This document shows, one piece after another, positions 26,254-36,938 of a stretch of 64,000 bases of DNA. The first letter of the stretch is position 1, and every line of letters begins with the position of its first letter. Below the pieces are notes generated by a model. That model did not search any database and was not told where the DNA came from. It was given only the letters and a program-made list of their open reading frames with translations. The DNA comes from Candidatus Aminicenantes bacterium (GTDB lineage Bacteria > Acidobacteriota > Aminicenantia > Aminicenantales > JAFGBC01). The stretch lies in NCBI GenBank assembly GCA_963702005.1, contig OY969696.1:3968001-4032000 (forward strand), in the 5' to 3' direction. The position numbers were made by a program, and so were the translations under genes.

Positions 26254-27615
26254 TCATTTGACGAGAAGGACAAGTCCCGAGCGCGCCCCCAATTGGACGG
26301 AGCTGACCGTCTTGCCGTCGTTTGTGGCGGGATCCATATTTCCCTTGATCTTTCGGAAAGCCGTCCCCAGAGATACGGTTCGGGACTTATCGGTGGGGTT
26401 GACCAGAACGGTCCCGTTCTGAAAATCGCGGCGCCAGACCCGGGTTAGAGAGGACCTGTCATCCTTCAAGAGCAGGCTCGAGAGGAGGACGGTTTTGTCC
26501 GCGATGTCGTAGGCGGCGCCCTGGGGCGAGCCCAGCCATCCTTTACAAGCCAAGGATCGAACCGCTTTGCCCGTCGTTTTATCGACGGCATACTCGTCGT
26601 ACCACCGGGCCGCTTGATAGGTTCCGGTATTCGTATAGGCGAAATAGCCGTCCAACATGAGCGTCGAGCACAGGGCGAAGCGCATGAACCGGAAATTCCG
26701 CGTTCCGCCGTTGGCCATGATCATCGATATCTTGGGAGAGAGCGAGCCGCGCTGCATGAGCAGATGGCCGCGCAGGACCCGGTGCCAGTCATTGCCGAAG
26801 GACTCGCCGCCCAGAAAATTCTCGACCATGCGGCCGTGAAGGAGGCCTTGGTAGGTGTCGTCGAAAATCCAGCCTCCATTCCCCGCGATGAGCGTCCCCT
26901 GGGGATAATTCTGACTGCTCTTGGCCAGCATGGTTTTCGTGCCCCGGACCCAGGCCGCGTCGAGCTTGGCGTCGGAGTCGGCGACGCCGTCGTTGTCGAT
27001 ATCAAGAGGCTTGTTGGGGTTGGGGGATCGATCGTTAAGCCAGGAGATATGCTCCGTGATCCAGTCATAAAAGATGCCGTCCCCCAAGCCTTTCGAGACG
27101 ACGGCGGACTTGAGATAAGCGGGAAGATATCCGTTGACCCGGGTCGTCAGATTGAGCATCTTGGTCCAGGCGCCGCCGGGAAGCAGGAACAGCAGGTAGC
27201 GCGCCCCGGCCGTATCTTTCATGTAATCGCCGTCCTTGAGGCCGGCCAGAAACCCGGAATTGACGGGCGCCGGATTCCCGGGGATGACATCGGCCGGGGA
27301 GAAATAGAAGAGGATAACGGCCGCCGTATTGTGGGAGCGGATGCGGCCGGCGGGTCCGAGGAATTCAGGACGGCTGACGACGGTCTCGGCATCGAGGACG
27401 AGGACGTCCCAATCGGCAGCCCTGTCAAGGAGCGACGCGGTCGGATCGTATTTCTGGATTTGGATGAAGAGCTTGGGATAAAGATGGCGGGGAAACACCC
27501 TGACCTTGGAATCGACGGCGGTGGAGGCAGCCCCGTCGCGGACGGCCGTCGACAAAGGGAGGATCAAGGCAAGGAGCGTCGCCGCGGCGAGCGAAGCTCT
27601 CGGAAAAATCTTCAT
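26254..27615 (-). CDS. Putative secreted glycoside hydrolase (hypothetical GHL15-like)
   Basis: Signal peptide; DGIFYD, WYDEY, VWRRDFQNGTVLVNPT. Confidence 0.65.
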   Translation of the reverse strand: MKIFPRASLAAATLLALILPLSTAVRDGAASTAVDSKVRVFPRHLYPKLFIQIQKYDPTASLLDRAADWDVLVLDAETVVSRPEFLGPAGRIRSHNTAAVILFYFSPADVIPGNPAPVNSGFLAGLKDGDYMKDTAGARYLLFLLPGGAWTKMLNLTTRVNGYLPAYLKSAVVSKGLGDGIFYDWITEHISWLNDRSPNPNKPLDIDNDGVADSDAKLDAAWVRGTKTMLAKSSQNYPQGTLIAGNGGWIFDDTYQGLLHGRMVENFLGGESFGNDWHRVLRGHLLMQRGSLSPKISMIMANGGTRNFRFMRFALCSTLMLDGYFAYTNTGTYQAARWYDEYAVDKTTGKAVRSLACKGWLGSPQGAAYDIADKTVLLSSLLLKDDRSSLTRVWRRDFQNGTVLVNPTDKSRTVSLGTAFRKIKGNMDPATNDGKTVSSVQLGARSGLVLLVK

Positions 27616-27619
27616 CGGC

Positions 27620-28975
27620 TTATTTCCGGCCGGCCAGCAGACGCTCGACCTCGTCGATCTCCTTGGGGACGTCGGCGGTCAGGACCTCGCAGCCGTTCCG
27701 GGTGATGAGGACGGTGTCCTCGATCCGAATCCCGATCGCCTTTTCCGGATAGTAAAGCGCGGGCTCGATGGCCATGACCATGCCCTCCTTGAGGACGATG
27801 TCGCCGCGCGACCCGACGTCGTGGACCGAGAGCCCGACGAAATGGCCCAGGCCGCCCTTGAGCCCGCGCGGGTCCAGGCCCTTTTTCTTCATCTGGAGGG
27901 CGACGGCCTCCTGGACATCCTTGGACGTCGCGCCGGGTCGGAAGGCGGCGATGCAGGCTTTCTGGACTTCGAGGACGGCCTCGTAGACGGCGCGCTGTTC
28001 GGCGCTGAACGTCCCGGATGAGGGCCAAGTCCGGGTAATGTCCATCGTCATCATGTCGAGGTCGGCGCCGAAGTCCATCAGGACGAGATCGCCTTTTTCG
28101 ATGCGCCTCTCGTTCTTTTCGTAATGCCAGATGCAGGTGTTGGGGCCGGAGCCGACGATCGGGGCGTAGGCCGGACCTCGCGCGCCGCCGCGGAGAACGG
28201 CCCCGACGGCCGCCGCTGCGACCTCGTACTCGAATCCGCCCGGCCGCGAGGCGAGCATGGCATCGCGAACGGCTTGGGCCGAGATCCGGCCGTTCCGGCG
28301 CAGGACGGCGATCTCCTCTTCCGTCTTGATGACCCTGAGGGCGTCGATGAAGGGCACGATATCGCGGAGCTCGCACTGAGGGTATCGCTCCCGGAGCTTG
28401 ACGACCCGGTGGTTGTCGAGAGAAATCTGGTCGTTGTAGTGGGTCCGGGCCCGCCGGGCCGACATGAGGCCGACCTCGGAGCGGGCTTCATCGATCATGT
28501 CCCGGGGCGAGAGACGGACGTAAAGAACCTTCGCCGTCCGCTCCAGGTTCCGGGCCAGGTATTCGTCGAAATAGGAGAGGGGAAGGATATCGGTCAGCGC
28601 CAGCTTGTCCTTGGCGGCGGGGTCCTTGAGAAGGTTGGGGCCGCTGACCATGTCCTCGCGCGGCGACTGCTGGGGGAGAAACAAGAAGGCCTCGCCCGTC
28701 CCGGCCGCTATGACCAGGATGGCGTTTGCGTCTTCACAGCCCGTGAAATAGAAGAAATCGTTGTCCTGGCGAAAGGCGGCCGGCGGCGCAGCGTCGGTTT
28801 CGCCGAACAGGACGATGGTCCCTTCCTTAACGTCCCGGACAAGGGCCTGGCGCCGCCTCACGAACTCGTCCCGGCTGTACCCTGTCCGTTGAGCCAGAAG
28901 CCCCGGGCCGAGGACGGCCAAAGCGGTCAAGAACAGGAGCAGATGACGGCGGACGGTTCTTATGTTCATGGGCAC
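27620..28975 (-). CDS. Xaa-Pro aminopeptidase (M24B)
   Basis: FRQDNDFFYFTG, MDFGA...DITRT, GHFVGLSVHD, IEPALY, GIRIED. Confidence 0.92.
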   Translation of the reverse strand: MPMNIRTVRRHLLLFLTALAVLGPGLLAQRTGYSRDEFVRRRQALVRDVKEGTIVLFGETDAAPPAAFRQDNDFFYFTGCEDANAILVIAAGTGEAFLFLPQQSPREDMVSGPNLLKDPAAKDKLALTDILPLSYFDEYLARNLERTAKVLYVRLSPRDMIDEARSEVGLMSARRARTHYNDQISLDNHRVVKLRERYPQCELRDIVPFIDALRVIKTEEEIAVLRRNGRISAQAVRDAMLASRPGGFEYEVAAAAVGAVLRGGARGPAYAPIVGSGPNTCIWHYEKNERRIEKGDLVLMDFGADLDMMTMDITRTWPSSGTFSAEQRAVYEAVLEVQKACIAAFRPGATSKDVQEAVALQMKKKGLDPRGLKGGLGHFVGLSVHDVGSRGDIVLKEGMVMAIEPALYYPEKAIGIRIEDTVLITRNGCEVLTADVPKEIDEVERLLAGRK

Positions 28976-29085
28976 CTCGATTCAAAAAAAATGTACACCA
29001 TCGCCCGTCCCGAGGCAAGTTGACTATCCGCTCGAGACTTGCTATTCTCTACGCCAGTAAGGGAAATAGCAAAGGCGGGACTGCC

Positions 29086-32000
29086 ATGAAATGCAGCCGT
29101 TGCTCATTTGAGAATCCTCCCGGAACGCGTTTCTGCGGGCGGTGCGCCGCCGCGCTCCAGCCCGAAGGAAGCCCGCCTTCGACCCAATCCATGCCCATGC
29201 CGGTCCGCGAGCTCGCGTCCGGAACGATCTTCGCCCGCCGTTACCAGGTCATCGAGGATCTGGGCAGGGGCGGCATGGGCCGGGTCTACAAAGTCTTCGA
29301 TACCGAGGTCCGGGAGAAGCTCGCCCTGAAGCTCATCAATCCGGACATCGCTTCGGATGAGCGGACGGTGGAACGCTTCCGGAGCGAGCTCCGGCTGGCC
29401 CGGACCGTCTCCCACCGTCACATCTGCCGCATGCACGACCTCGGCCGCGAGGCAGAGACCGGGACGTATTTCATAACCATGGAGTACGTTCCGGGCGAGG
29501 ACCTCAAGAGCCTCATCCACAGCATAGGAGCTTTGCCCATCGGCAAAGCCGTGGCCATCGCCCGGCAGGCCGCCGAGGGGCTGGCCGAGGCCCACCGCCT
29601 CGGCGTCATCCACCGCGACCTCAAACCCCAGAACATCATGATCGACCGCGAGGGCGGCGCCCGGATCATGGACTTCGGCATCGCCCGTTCGGTCAAGGCC
29701 AAGGGGATCACAGGCGCCGGCGCGATGATCGGGACGCCCGAATACATGTCGCCCGAGCAGGTGGACGGGAAAGAGGCCGACGGCCGTTCGGATATCTACT
29801 CGCTGGGCGTCGTCCTGTTCGAAATGCTGACGGGACGCCTCCCCTTCGAGGGAGACACGCCCCTCAGCATCGCCGTCAAGCAGAAAAGCGAGCCTCCGCC
29901 GGACCCCCGGACGCTCAACGCCCAGATTCCGGAAGAGCTCGGAAGGCTTGTTTTAAAGTGCCTGGAGAAAGAGAAAGGCAAGCGGTTTCAGGGCGCGGAC
30001 GACCTGCGCCTGGAGCTCGCTCGAATCGAAAGAACTCTGCCGGCGACAACCCACGATCTTCCGCCTCGCAAGCCCTCGACCTCGAAGGAGATCACGGTCC
30101 GGCTCCCGTCGAAGAGGGTCTGGATTCCGGCGGCCGCGCTGCTCCTCGCGCTCGTCGCTCTTCTTGTCTGGCAGTTCATTCCGGAAAGCGAGGGCTCGAA
30201 GCGCACGGTCGCCATCCTTGGCTTTAAAAACCAAACCGGAGACGCGGGCCTCGATTACCTTCGGGAGACCATCCCCAACCTGCTCATCACCAGCCTGGAA
30301 CAGTCGAAACACCTACAGGTCGCGTCCTGGCAAAGGCTGAAGGATCTTTTCCGTAAAGCCGGCAGGAGCGAAACCGCCATTTATGACGAGGAGGCCGGCT
30401 TCGAGGTCTGCCGGGGGGAAGGCATCGAGGCGGTCGTCGTCGGGTTTTTCAGCAAGGCGGGGGAGACCTTCGTCTCGGACGTCAAGGTGCTGGATGTCGG
30501 CACCCGAGAGGTCTTGAAAAGCGCCTCGGCCAGGGGAGAAGGGGTTAACAGCATCCTCAAGTCCCAGATCGACGAGATCAGCCGTACCGTATCGCGCGGC
30601 ATCGGCCGGCCGGCCCTCAAGATCGAGATGCCGCAAACAAAGATCATCGACCTGACGACGAACTCCCTCGAGGCCTATGGCTATTTTCTGCGCGGCCGTG
30701 ACGCGGCCGGTAATCTCATGGGCTATGAAGCCAAGAAGCTTCTGGAGAAGGCCATTTCCCTGGACCCGAATTTTGCGGTGGCCTATCGTTATCTGTATGA
30801 AGCTAATCATATCATCGTCGACTTCAGGGCACGCGATGAAGCCTTGATAAAAGCGAAGGAACTCTCCGCCAGGGCTTCGGAGAAAGAGCGGCTCTATATC
30901 GAAGCGGAATACGCCCGGAGGATCGAGGGGGATCGAGCCAAGGCCTACCGGCTCCTTCTGGAGCTGACGGATAAATATCCCCAGGAAAAATATGCTCACT
31001 ATGAGCTCGGGAGACAGTCCTATTTGTCGGCTAGATATGCCGATGCCGTTCAGGAGTTCGAGAAAGCCGTCGCCCTGGACCCAACCTTCGGCCCCGCCTT
31101 CAATATGCTGGGATATGCCCATGCGATGGCCGGGGATCTTGCTCAGGCCGAAGCGGCTTTCGGGCGCTACATCACGTCGAATCCCGGCGACCCCAACCCC
31201 GTCGATTCCCTGGCCGAGCTCTACGTGCGAATGGGACAGCTGGACAAGGCCGAATCGAAGTATAAGGAAGCCCTGAACCTCAAATCTGATTTTGTTTCGC
31301 CCTGCAATGGATTGGCCTATATTTTTGCACTGAGAGAAAATTATGCCGAGACCTCGCGCTGGCTGGGAGAATTCGTCGCCAGGGCAGGACCCACCCAAAA
31401 AATGGAAGGTCTGTGGCTCATCAGCTATTTTGATTATTTCTTGGGCCGCCTGGAGAGGGCCCAAGACGGGTATCTCGCCCTGAGGAAGATCGCCGAATCG
31501 TACGGCTCCCCCCCTTACCTCATAGCCACATTGGATTGGATTACCGGATTTTTAAATTGTGAGCTGGGCCGATTCGAAGAGGGCCGGAAAGGGTTTCAAT
31601 CCTATTCCAATTACCTAGGGCAAACAAACCCGGCCGCGGAAAACAGCAATTCTGCCGAAAATGATCTAAACTCCGGTTGGGCGGACCTAAAGCAAGGACG
31701 CCTGGATGACGCTCGCACCCGGCTCATGGAAATAAAACAGCTTCTCCCGAAAGCAGCTCAAGAAGACGTGGAATTGATGAATTTTTCTCCTCAAGACTTG
31801 GAATCGATGTCTTTCTCGTATCAGCTTTTAGCCGCCGAAATCGCGCTGGCCGGAGGCTCTCCGGAGGAGGCCGTCGCCAGCGCCGAACAGGCGCGCCTGC
31901 TGGATTTCGCGGGCATGAATACGCCCGATGTGGCTCGCTATAACATGCCCTTTTTCAAAGATGTTTTGGCCCGGGCTTACTGGAAAAAGGGAGACCTTGA

Positions 32001-32241
32001 ACGCGCGGCCGCCGAATACCGAAAACTCATGACCATCGACCCGTCGAACCAGGTTCGTTATCTCATCCATCCCCTCTACCATTATCGGCTCGGTCGGGTC
32101 CTGGAGGAGAAGGGAGACAAGGCCGGCGCGGCGGGCGAGTACCGGAAATTCCTCGAATACTGGAAGGACGCCGACAAGAGCCATCCGGAATTGGCCGACG
32201 CGCAAAAGCGCCTGGCCGCCATCGGCCGGAATTCCGGATAA
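29086..32241 (+). CDS. Hanks-type Ser/Thr kinase with zinc ribbon, TM helix and extracytoplasmic TolB-like/TPR region
   Basis: CxxC..CxxC, GRGGMG, HRDLKPQN, DFG, GTPEYMSPEQ; TPR repeats. Confidence 0.92.
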   Translation: MKCSRCSFENPPGTRFCGRCAAALQPEGSPPSTQSMPMPVRELASGTIFARRYQVIEDLGRGGMGRVYKVFDTEVREKLALKLINPDIASDERTVERFRSELRLARTVSHRHICRMHDLGREAETGTYFITMEYVPGEDLKSLIHSIGALPIGKAVAIARQAAEGLAEAHRLGVIHRDLKPQNIMIDREGGARIMDFGIARSVKAKGITGAGAMIGTPEYMSPEQVDGKEADGRSDIYSLGVVLFEMLTGRLPFEGDTPLSIAVKQKSEPPPDPRTLNAQIPEELGRLVLKCLEKEKGKRFQGADDLRLELARIERTLPATTHDLPPRKPSTSKEITVRLPSKRVWIPAAALLLALVALLVWQFIPESEGSKRTVAILGFKNQTGDAGLDYLRETIPNLLITSLEQSKHLQVASWQRLKDLFRKAGRSETAIYDEEAGFEVCRGEGIEAVVVGFFSKAGETFVSDVKVLDVGTREVLKSASARGEGVNSILKSQIDEISRTVSRGIGRPALKIEMPQTKIIDLTTNSLEAYGYFLRGRDAAGNLMGYEAKKLLEKAISLDPNFAVAYRYLYEANHIIVDFRARDEALIKAKELSARASEKERLYIEAEYARRIEGDRAKAYRLLLELTDKYPQEKYAHYELGRQSYLSARYADAVQEFEKAVALDPTFGPAFNMLGYAHAMAGDLAQAEAAFGRYITSNPGDPNPVDSLAELYVRMGQLDKAESKYKEALNLKSDFVSPCNGLAYIFALRENYAETSRWLGEFVARAGPTQKMEGLWLISYFDYFLGRLERAQDGYLALRKIAESYGSPPYLIATLDWITGFLNCELGRFEEGRKGFQSYSNYLGQTNPAAENSNSAENDLNSGWADLKQGRLDDARTRLMEIKQLLPKAAQEDVELMNFSPQDLESMSFSYQLLAAEIALAGGSPEEAVASAEQARLLDFAGMNTPDVARYNMPFFKDVLARAYWKKGDLERAAAEYRKLMTIDPSNQVRYLIHPLYHYRLGRVLEEKGDKAGAAGEYRKFLEYWKDADKSHPELADAQKRLAAIGRNSG

Positions 32242-32363
32242 GCAAGAGCCTGGGGTGGCCCGGCTCCCGGAGCTACTCAGGCGGCAAGAGGAATTGGATC
32301 GGCCCAGGATATGACCTCGAGACATGAGTTAGTAAATATAATCTCGCGGAAAGGAAGGGTATC

Positions 32364-34526
32364 ATGAGAAAGCGTGCGATCACCATACTTTCATTTTGCT
32401 CGGCCTACATCCTGATTTCGTTAACGGCCGGCGCTGATACGGCGCGGCCGACCGCCGGCGGGATTCCCGGTTCCGCCCTGGTCGCATCCAATTCCGTCCT
32501 GGAAGCGGCCACGGCCTTCGGCAACGCGCCCCTCTATTTCATCCCCAATCAGGGACAGAAAAACGGCCGAGCCCTGTATTATGCCAAAGCCCGAGCCTAT
32601 ACCCTTTGGCTGACCAAGCAAGGGCTCGTCTTTGATTCTTTGCAGCGAATCCCCGGGAAGGCGCAGAGTGATTATTGCCGCGACGTCTCGAGACTCATCT
32701 TCAAGGGGGCCTCTCCAAGCGCGGACCTCGAAGCCGAAGGTTCGACAGGCTACACGGTCAGCTATTTCTATGGCAGAGACGCGGACGACTGGAAGACGGG
32801 ACTGGCGGCATCGAAGGGAGTCATCTACAGAGGCGTCTATTCCGGAATCGACATTAAAATCTACGGCTTTGAGCGTGAGGTTGAGTACGACTGGATCGTG
32901 GGACCGGGACGCGATCCCGGGAAGATCCGCATGGAATTCCAGGGCGTCCGCGCGACGCGGATCGATTCCGAGGGATCCCTGATCGTTGCAACGGCCTTTG
33001 GGGAGATTAAACACCGCAGGCCTTCAGCCTATCAAACCATCGGCGGACGGAAGGTCCCGGTCGAAGCCCATTTTCTTGAGACGGCCGATCGGGAATACGG
33101 ATTCCTGGTTGCCGATTACGACAAGACCCATGCCCTCGTCATCGATCCCTACGTCCTGACCTATTCGACTTACCTGGGCGGCTCCCAATATGATCGGATC
33201 ACCAAGATCGCGGTGGATTCGTCCAAAGCCATCTACGTCTCCGGCCAAACGGAGAGCAGCGATTTTCCGATCGCCGCCGGTCTCACGCGGGAAGTCGTTG
33301 TTCGGAAGGACGCCTTCGTCACCAAACTCTCGCCGGACGGACGGTCCTTGGTCTATTCGGCTTTCTTTCCCGCCAATTTTTGCGGCTTCATACGGCTCGC
33401 GGTCGACTCCGCCGGTTCCGCCTATCTGGCCGGGTCAACGGATTCCCGGTCTTTCCCGGTCAAAAACGCCTTTCAAGAAAAGACGGGCGGCTACATCGAC
33501 GGCTTCATCGTCAAACTCAAACCGAGCGGCCGGGGGATAGTCTATTCCAGCTATATCGGAGGGGGGAATAACGATTACGCCAATTGCATTGCCGTGGACG
33601 CGAAGGGATACGCCTATGTCGGAGGCCAAACCGGGAGTTACGACCTTCCGATCAAGAAAGCCTTTCAAAAGACGTATGAAGGCTATGACGACGGCTTCCT
33701 CCTCAAGGTCGCCCCGGAGGGCCGAAGCCTCGTATTCGCCACCTACTTCGGAGGATCGTTAAGCGACATTCCGACCGGCATCGGCCTGGGCCCGGACGGC
33801 GCCATTACGATCGGGGGAAACAGCTACAGCAGGGATCTCCCGTTGAAAAATCCTTATCAGAAGACTCTGAAAGGCAGTGCGGACTTCTTTCTCACCCAGT
33901 TTGCCCCGGATGGCCAAAGCCTGATATTCTCGACGTACCTGGGAGGTGGGAGCTGGGATCAATTGTCTTCGCTGGCCGTCGATAAAACCGGGCAGATCGT
34001 TGCCGTCGGTTTCACGAACGGCAATTTCCCCCAAAAAAAGCCCATCCAGCCGGCCCGCAAGGGCGCGAGGGAGGGAGTCGTGGCCATGCTCTCTGCGGAC
34101 GGCCGGAAGCTCCTCTTCTCAACTTACTTGGGCGGAGTCGGAAACGACGAATGCAGCGATGTCGCCGTGGACGGCTCCGGATCCATTTACGTCGCCGGAA
34201 CGACCTACAGCCGCGATTTCCCCAGGAAAATCCCCTACCAAAAAAGCCTGAAGGGACAAATCGACGCGTTCTTGACCGTCCTTTCTCCCTCCGAGCCAAG
34301 CCTAATTTTCTCAACCTTCCTGGGCGGAATCTACCATGATTGGGGACTTGCGGTCGGGCTGGATTCCGAAGGCCGTATCTATCTTGCCGGGGACACGAAT
34401 AGCCTCGATCTCCCCGTCGAGGGCCCCTATCAGAAGGGGTTCGGGGGCGGCACCGATGACGGATTCATCTCGGTATTCAGGGCGGAGACTGGATCTATGC
34501 TTCGAAAAGCTGCTTCGGGCCGATGA
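32364..34526 (+). CDS. SBBP-repeat beta-propeller secreted protein
   Basis: Repeated STYLGG...AVD..G..Y..G.T.S.DFP units. Confidence 0.88.
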   Translation: MRKRAITILSFCSAYILISLTAGADTARPTAGGIPGSALVASNSVLEAATAFGNAPLYFIPNQGQKNGRALYYAKARAYTLWLTKQGLVFDSLQRIPGKAQSDYCRDVSRLIFKGASPSADLEAEGSTGYTVSYFYGRDADDWKTGLAASKGVIYRGVYSGIDIKIYGFEREVEYDWIVGPGRDPGKIRMEFQGVRATRIDSEGSLIVATAFGEIKHRRPSAYQTIGGRKVPVEAHFLETADREYGFLVADYDKTHALVIDPYVLTYSTYLGGSQYDRITKIAVDSSKAIYVSGQTESSDFPIAAGLTREVVVRKDAFVTKLSPDGRSLVYSAFFPANFCGFIRLAVDSAGSAYLAGSTDSRSFPVKNAFQEKTGGYIDGFIVKLKPSGRGIVYSSYIGGGNNDYANCIAVDAKGYAYVGGQTGSYDLPIKKAFQKTYEGYDDGFLLKVAPEGRSLVFATYFGGSLSDIPTGIGLGPDGAITIGGNSYSRDLPLKNPYQKTLKGSADFFLTQFAPDGQSLIFSTYLGGGSWDQLSSLAVDKTGQIVAVGFTNGNFPQKKPIQPARKGAREGVVAMLSADGRKLLFSTYLGGVGNDECSDVAVDGSGSIYVAGTTYSRDFPRKIPYQKSLKGQIDAFLTVLSPSEPSLIFSTFLGGIYHDWGLAVGLDSEGRIYLAGDTNSLDLPVEGPYQKGFGGGTDDGFISVFRAETGSMLRKAASGR

Positions 34527-34566
34527 ATAAGGGGGCCCGGCCGGCTCGCCGCCGTCCAGACGGCTG

Positions 34567-36785
34567 TCAGGTGTTGAACAGAAAGCTGACCTTGAGCATG
34601 ATGATCCGGTCCTGGAGGTAGCCCGCTCCGCCCAGCTTCCGGGTCTCGTTGTAGATGAAGTAGAGGTTGGCGCCGGGCCTGTAGATCCAGCGGACTTGGA
34701 AGTTGCTTTTAAACAGCCGCTCGGCGTCGTTCCATTGGAGGTAGGCCTTGGCGTAGAGGTCCGGCGTGAACGAATAGATGAACCGCGTCCCCGCGATCGT
34801 CGTCGTGAACTTGCCGCCCGGAACGGGGAGGTCGAACCGGTTCCGGTTGAGAGTCAGCTCGAGGTGGAGGTTGCTCGAAAGCCTGAGGCCGGCCTGGGCG
34901 TCGAGGCCCAGGAAATGGCCGTTGTAGAACCCGCCGGCGTCGAGCTCGGACCGGAGGTAGGCGCTCTTGGTCCGGTCCGACTCGAAGAAGGCCGCGAAGA
35001 CGTCGTAGCGATAACGGCCGACCGGGATGGAGACGCCGTCCTTGATCTCGAAACTCTCCTCCAGGACCTCCAGGTTGCTGATAACGCCGGCGAACACGGT
35101 CGTCCCGTTCTGGAACAGGTTGAATAAGCCCGCCATATTGTTCCGCGACTCGACCCGGCCGGCGTGGTCCTCGATATAGGTCAGGTTGTTGAATAAATAC
35201 ATCTGGCGGAGGCCCAGGACGCCGGGCCGCGGGCTGACGCCCGCGTTCCAGCGCCACTTCCGGATGTCGGTGCGGGGGACGAAGCCCATCTCGGCGTTGA
35301 AGTTCCCGCCGATATCCGTGTAGGAGAGGTCGGACTGGACGAAGTCCGTCTCGTAGACGAAGTTGAGGTAGCCCGCCCAGTCCCGCCCCCGCTGGCCCGG
35401 CGAGTAGGTCTTGGCCAGGAAGCCGCCGGCCCGTACGCTCTCCCCGAAAGCCAGGTTGAAATCCAGCCCGCCCGCCCGGTTGAAGTCCGCTCCCCCGCTC
35501 CCGACGCCGTCCTTGCTGAGAGCCATGATCCCGACCGAGGATTTGGCGAAGATGTCCCGCTTGAGCCGGACGACGGCGTTGTTGGCCCGGCGGATGTCGA
35601 CCCGTTCCCCGTCCTCTTCATAGGACGTCCGATCGGTCAGCATGTCGAGGACGCCGAGCGTATAGGGCCCGGCCTTGCCGGTGACCTTGAGGCCGCCAAG
35701 GACTGGAATCTCCCGTCCGTCCTCGGACAATCCGATCGTCCGGCTGAAGAAGAGGAGCGTGGAGGGCGGCTCATGCTCCTGGAACCGCTCCCCGAACTTG
35801 AAGATGTCCGCGCCCTCTAAAAAGAACTCCCTCTTCTCGGGGAAAAAGAGGTCGAAGCGGGTCAGGTTGAACCGCTCCTGGTCCGCCTCGACCTGGGCGA
35901 AATCCGTGTTGACGGTCAGGTCGCCCGTCATGTTCGAAGTCAGGCGGAGCTTGAGGTCCATCCCCAGGTCGGCGATACCCCGGAACGGCTCCGGCCGGTC
36001 TTCTTTTTCCCCCCGCCGATGAGATAGGGCATGACTTGAACCCTCTCCCCCTGGCGGAGGCGGCGCAGCCCGGCCAGGTGCCCGAAGTACGACATCTTGA
36101 ACCGGCCGTACCAGCCGTAAGAACGCAGGATGGGCGTCCAGTAGCTTTCCTCGCGCTTGCGGGCGATGGAGCGGACGAAATTAATCCCCCAGTTCTGTTC
36201 GTCGGAGTCACGGAAGCGGAGGGTCGTGAAGGGAATGGCGATCTCGGCCGACCAGCCGGCGCCGTCCCGGCGGGTCCGGGCGGTCCAGATTCCATCCCAG
36301 TCGACGTTGAAACTGCCGCCTTCATCCCGGATCAGGGCGTCCTGCCGGGCGCCCAACGGATTGACCGCGAAGTAAAACGCGTTCCGATGGTCATGGAAGG
36401 TGTCGATGATGACCTCGAACGAGTCGTCGTCCTTGAGCTCGGCGTCCCGCCGCATCTCCCTGGCCACGATCCGGGACGGATCGCCGTCGAAGCAGACGAC
36501 GCCGATATAGAGGTTCGCGTCGTCGTAAAGGATGCGGACCTCGGTCCGCTCGCTGGCCGGGTCCCCTTCCCGTGGCTCCTTCTGGACGAAGCCGCCCACC
36601 ACGGGCGCGCCGCGCCAGGCCGGTTCCTGAAGGAGGCCGTCAACCCGGACGGGCCAGGTCGTCTTTTGGGCCTGGATGACGTAGCTCGAGGTGTCGATTG
36701 CCCCGGCAAGGTTCGAGACTAAGGCCAGGACGATGGCTGCGGCAATAAGGGCGGTATACCGGGCCTGGGATGTCTGCGCGGGCAT
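34567..36785 (-). CDS. CBM9-like + DUF5916 protein (frameshift at C6 run 36009-36014)
   Basis: IDTFHD...NPLG in the 5' ORF; NTDFAQVEAD and PEKREFFLEG in the 3' ORF; one extra G joins the frames. Confidence 0.8.
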
Positions 36786-36938
36786 GGATGTCTCCAGCTC
36801 ATTCTTTTCAGAAGGCGGATTTTAAACTATTCGGCCGAAAAAGGGAAATGGGAATGCCGGCTACGGGGGGTAGGGATGGTCATGGACCTGCTTCCGGACC
36901 CGGGCGCGGCCTTATTCTTCCACGAACGGCGCCGCGGT

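Noticed and set aside
32364-34526. Internal repeats in the SBBP gene as a DNA repeat or diversity-generating system
   Set aside because: The repeats are degenerate protein-level propeller blades; no reverse transcriptase or template/variable repeat pair is visible
36009-36014. Split DUF5916 gene as a true pseudogene or recoding site
   Set aside because: A one-base deficit in a homopolymer with both halves otherwise intact; probably an assembly error
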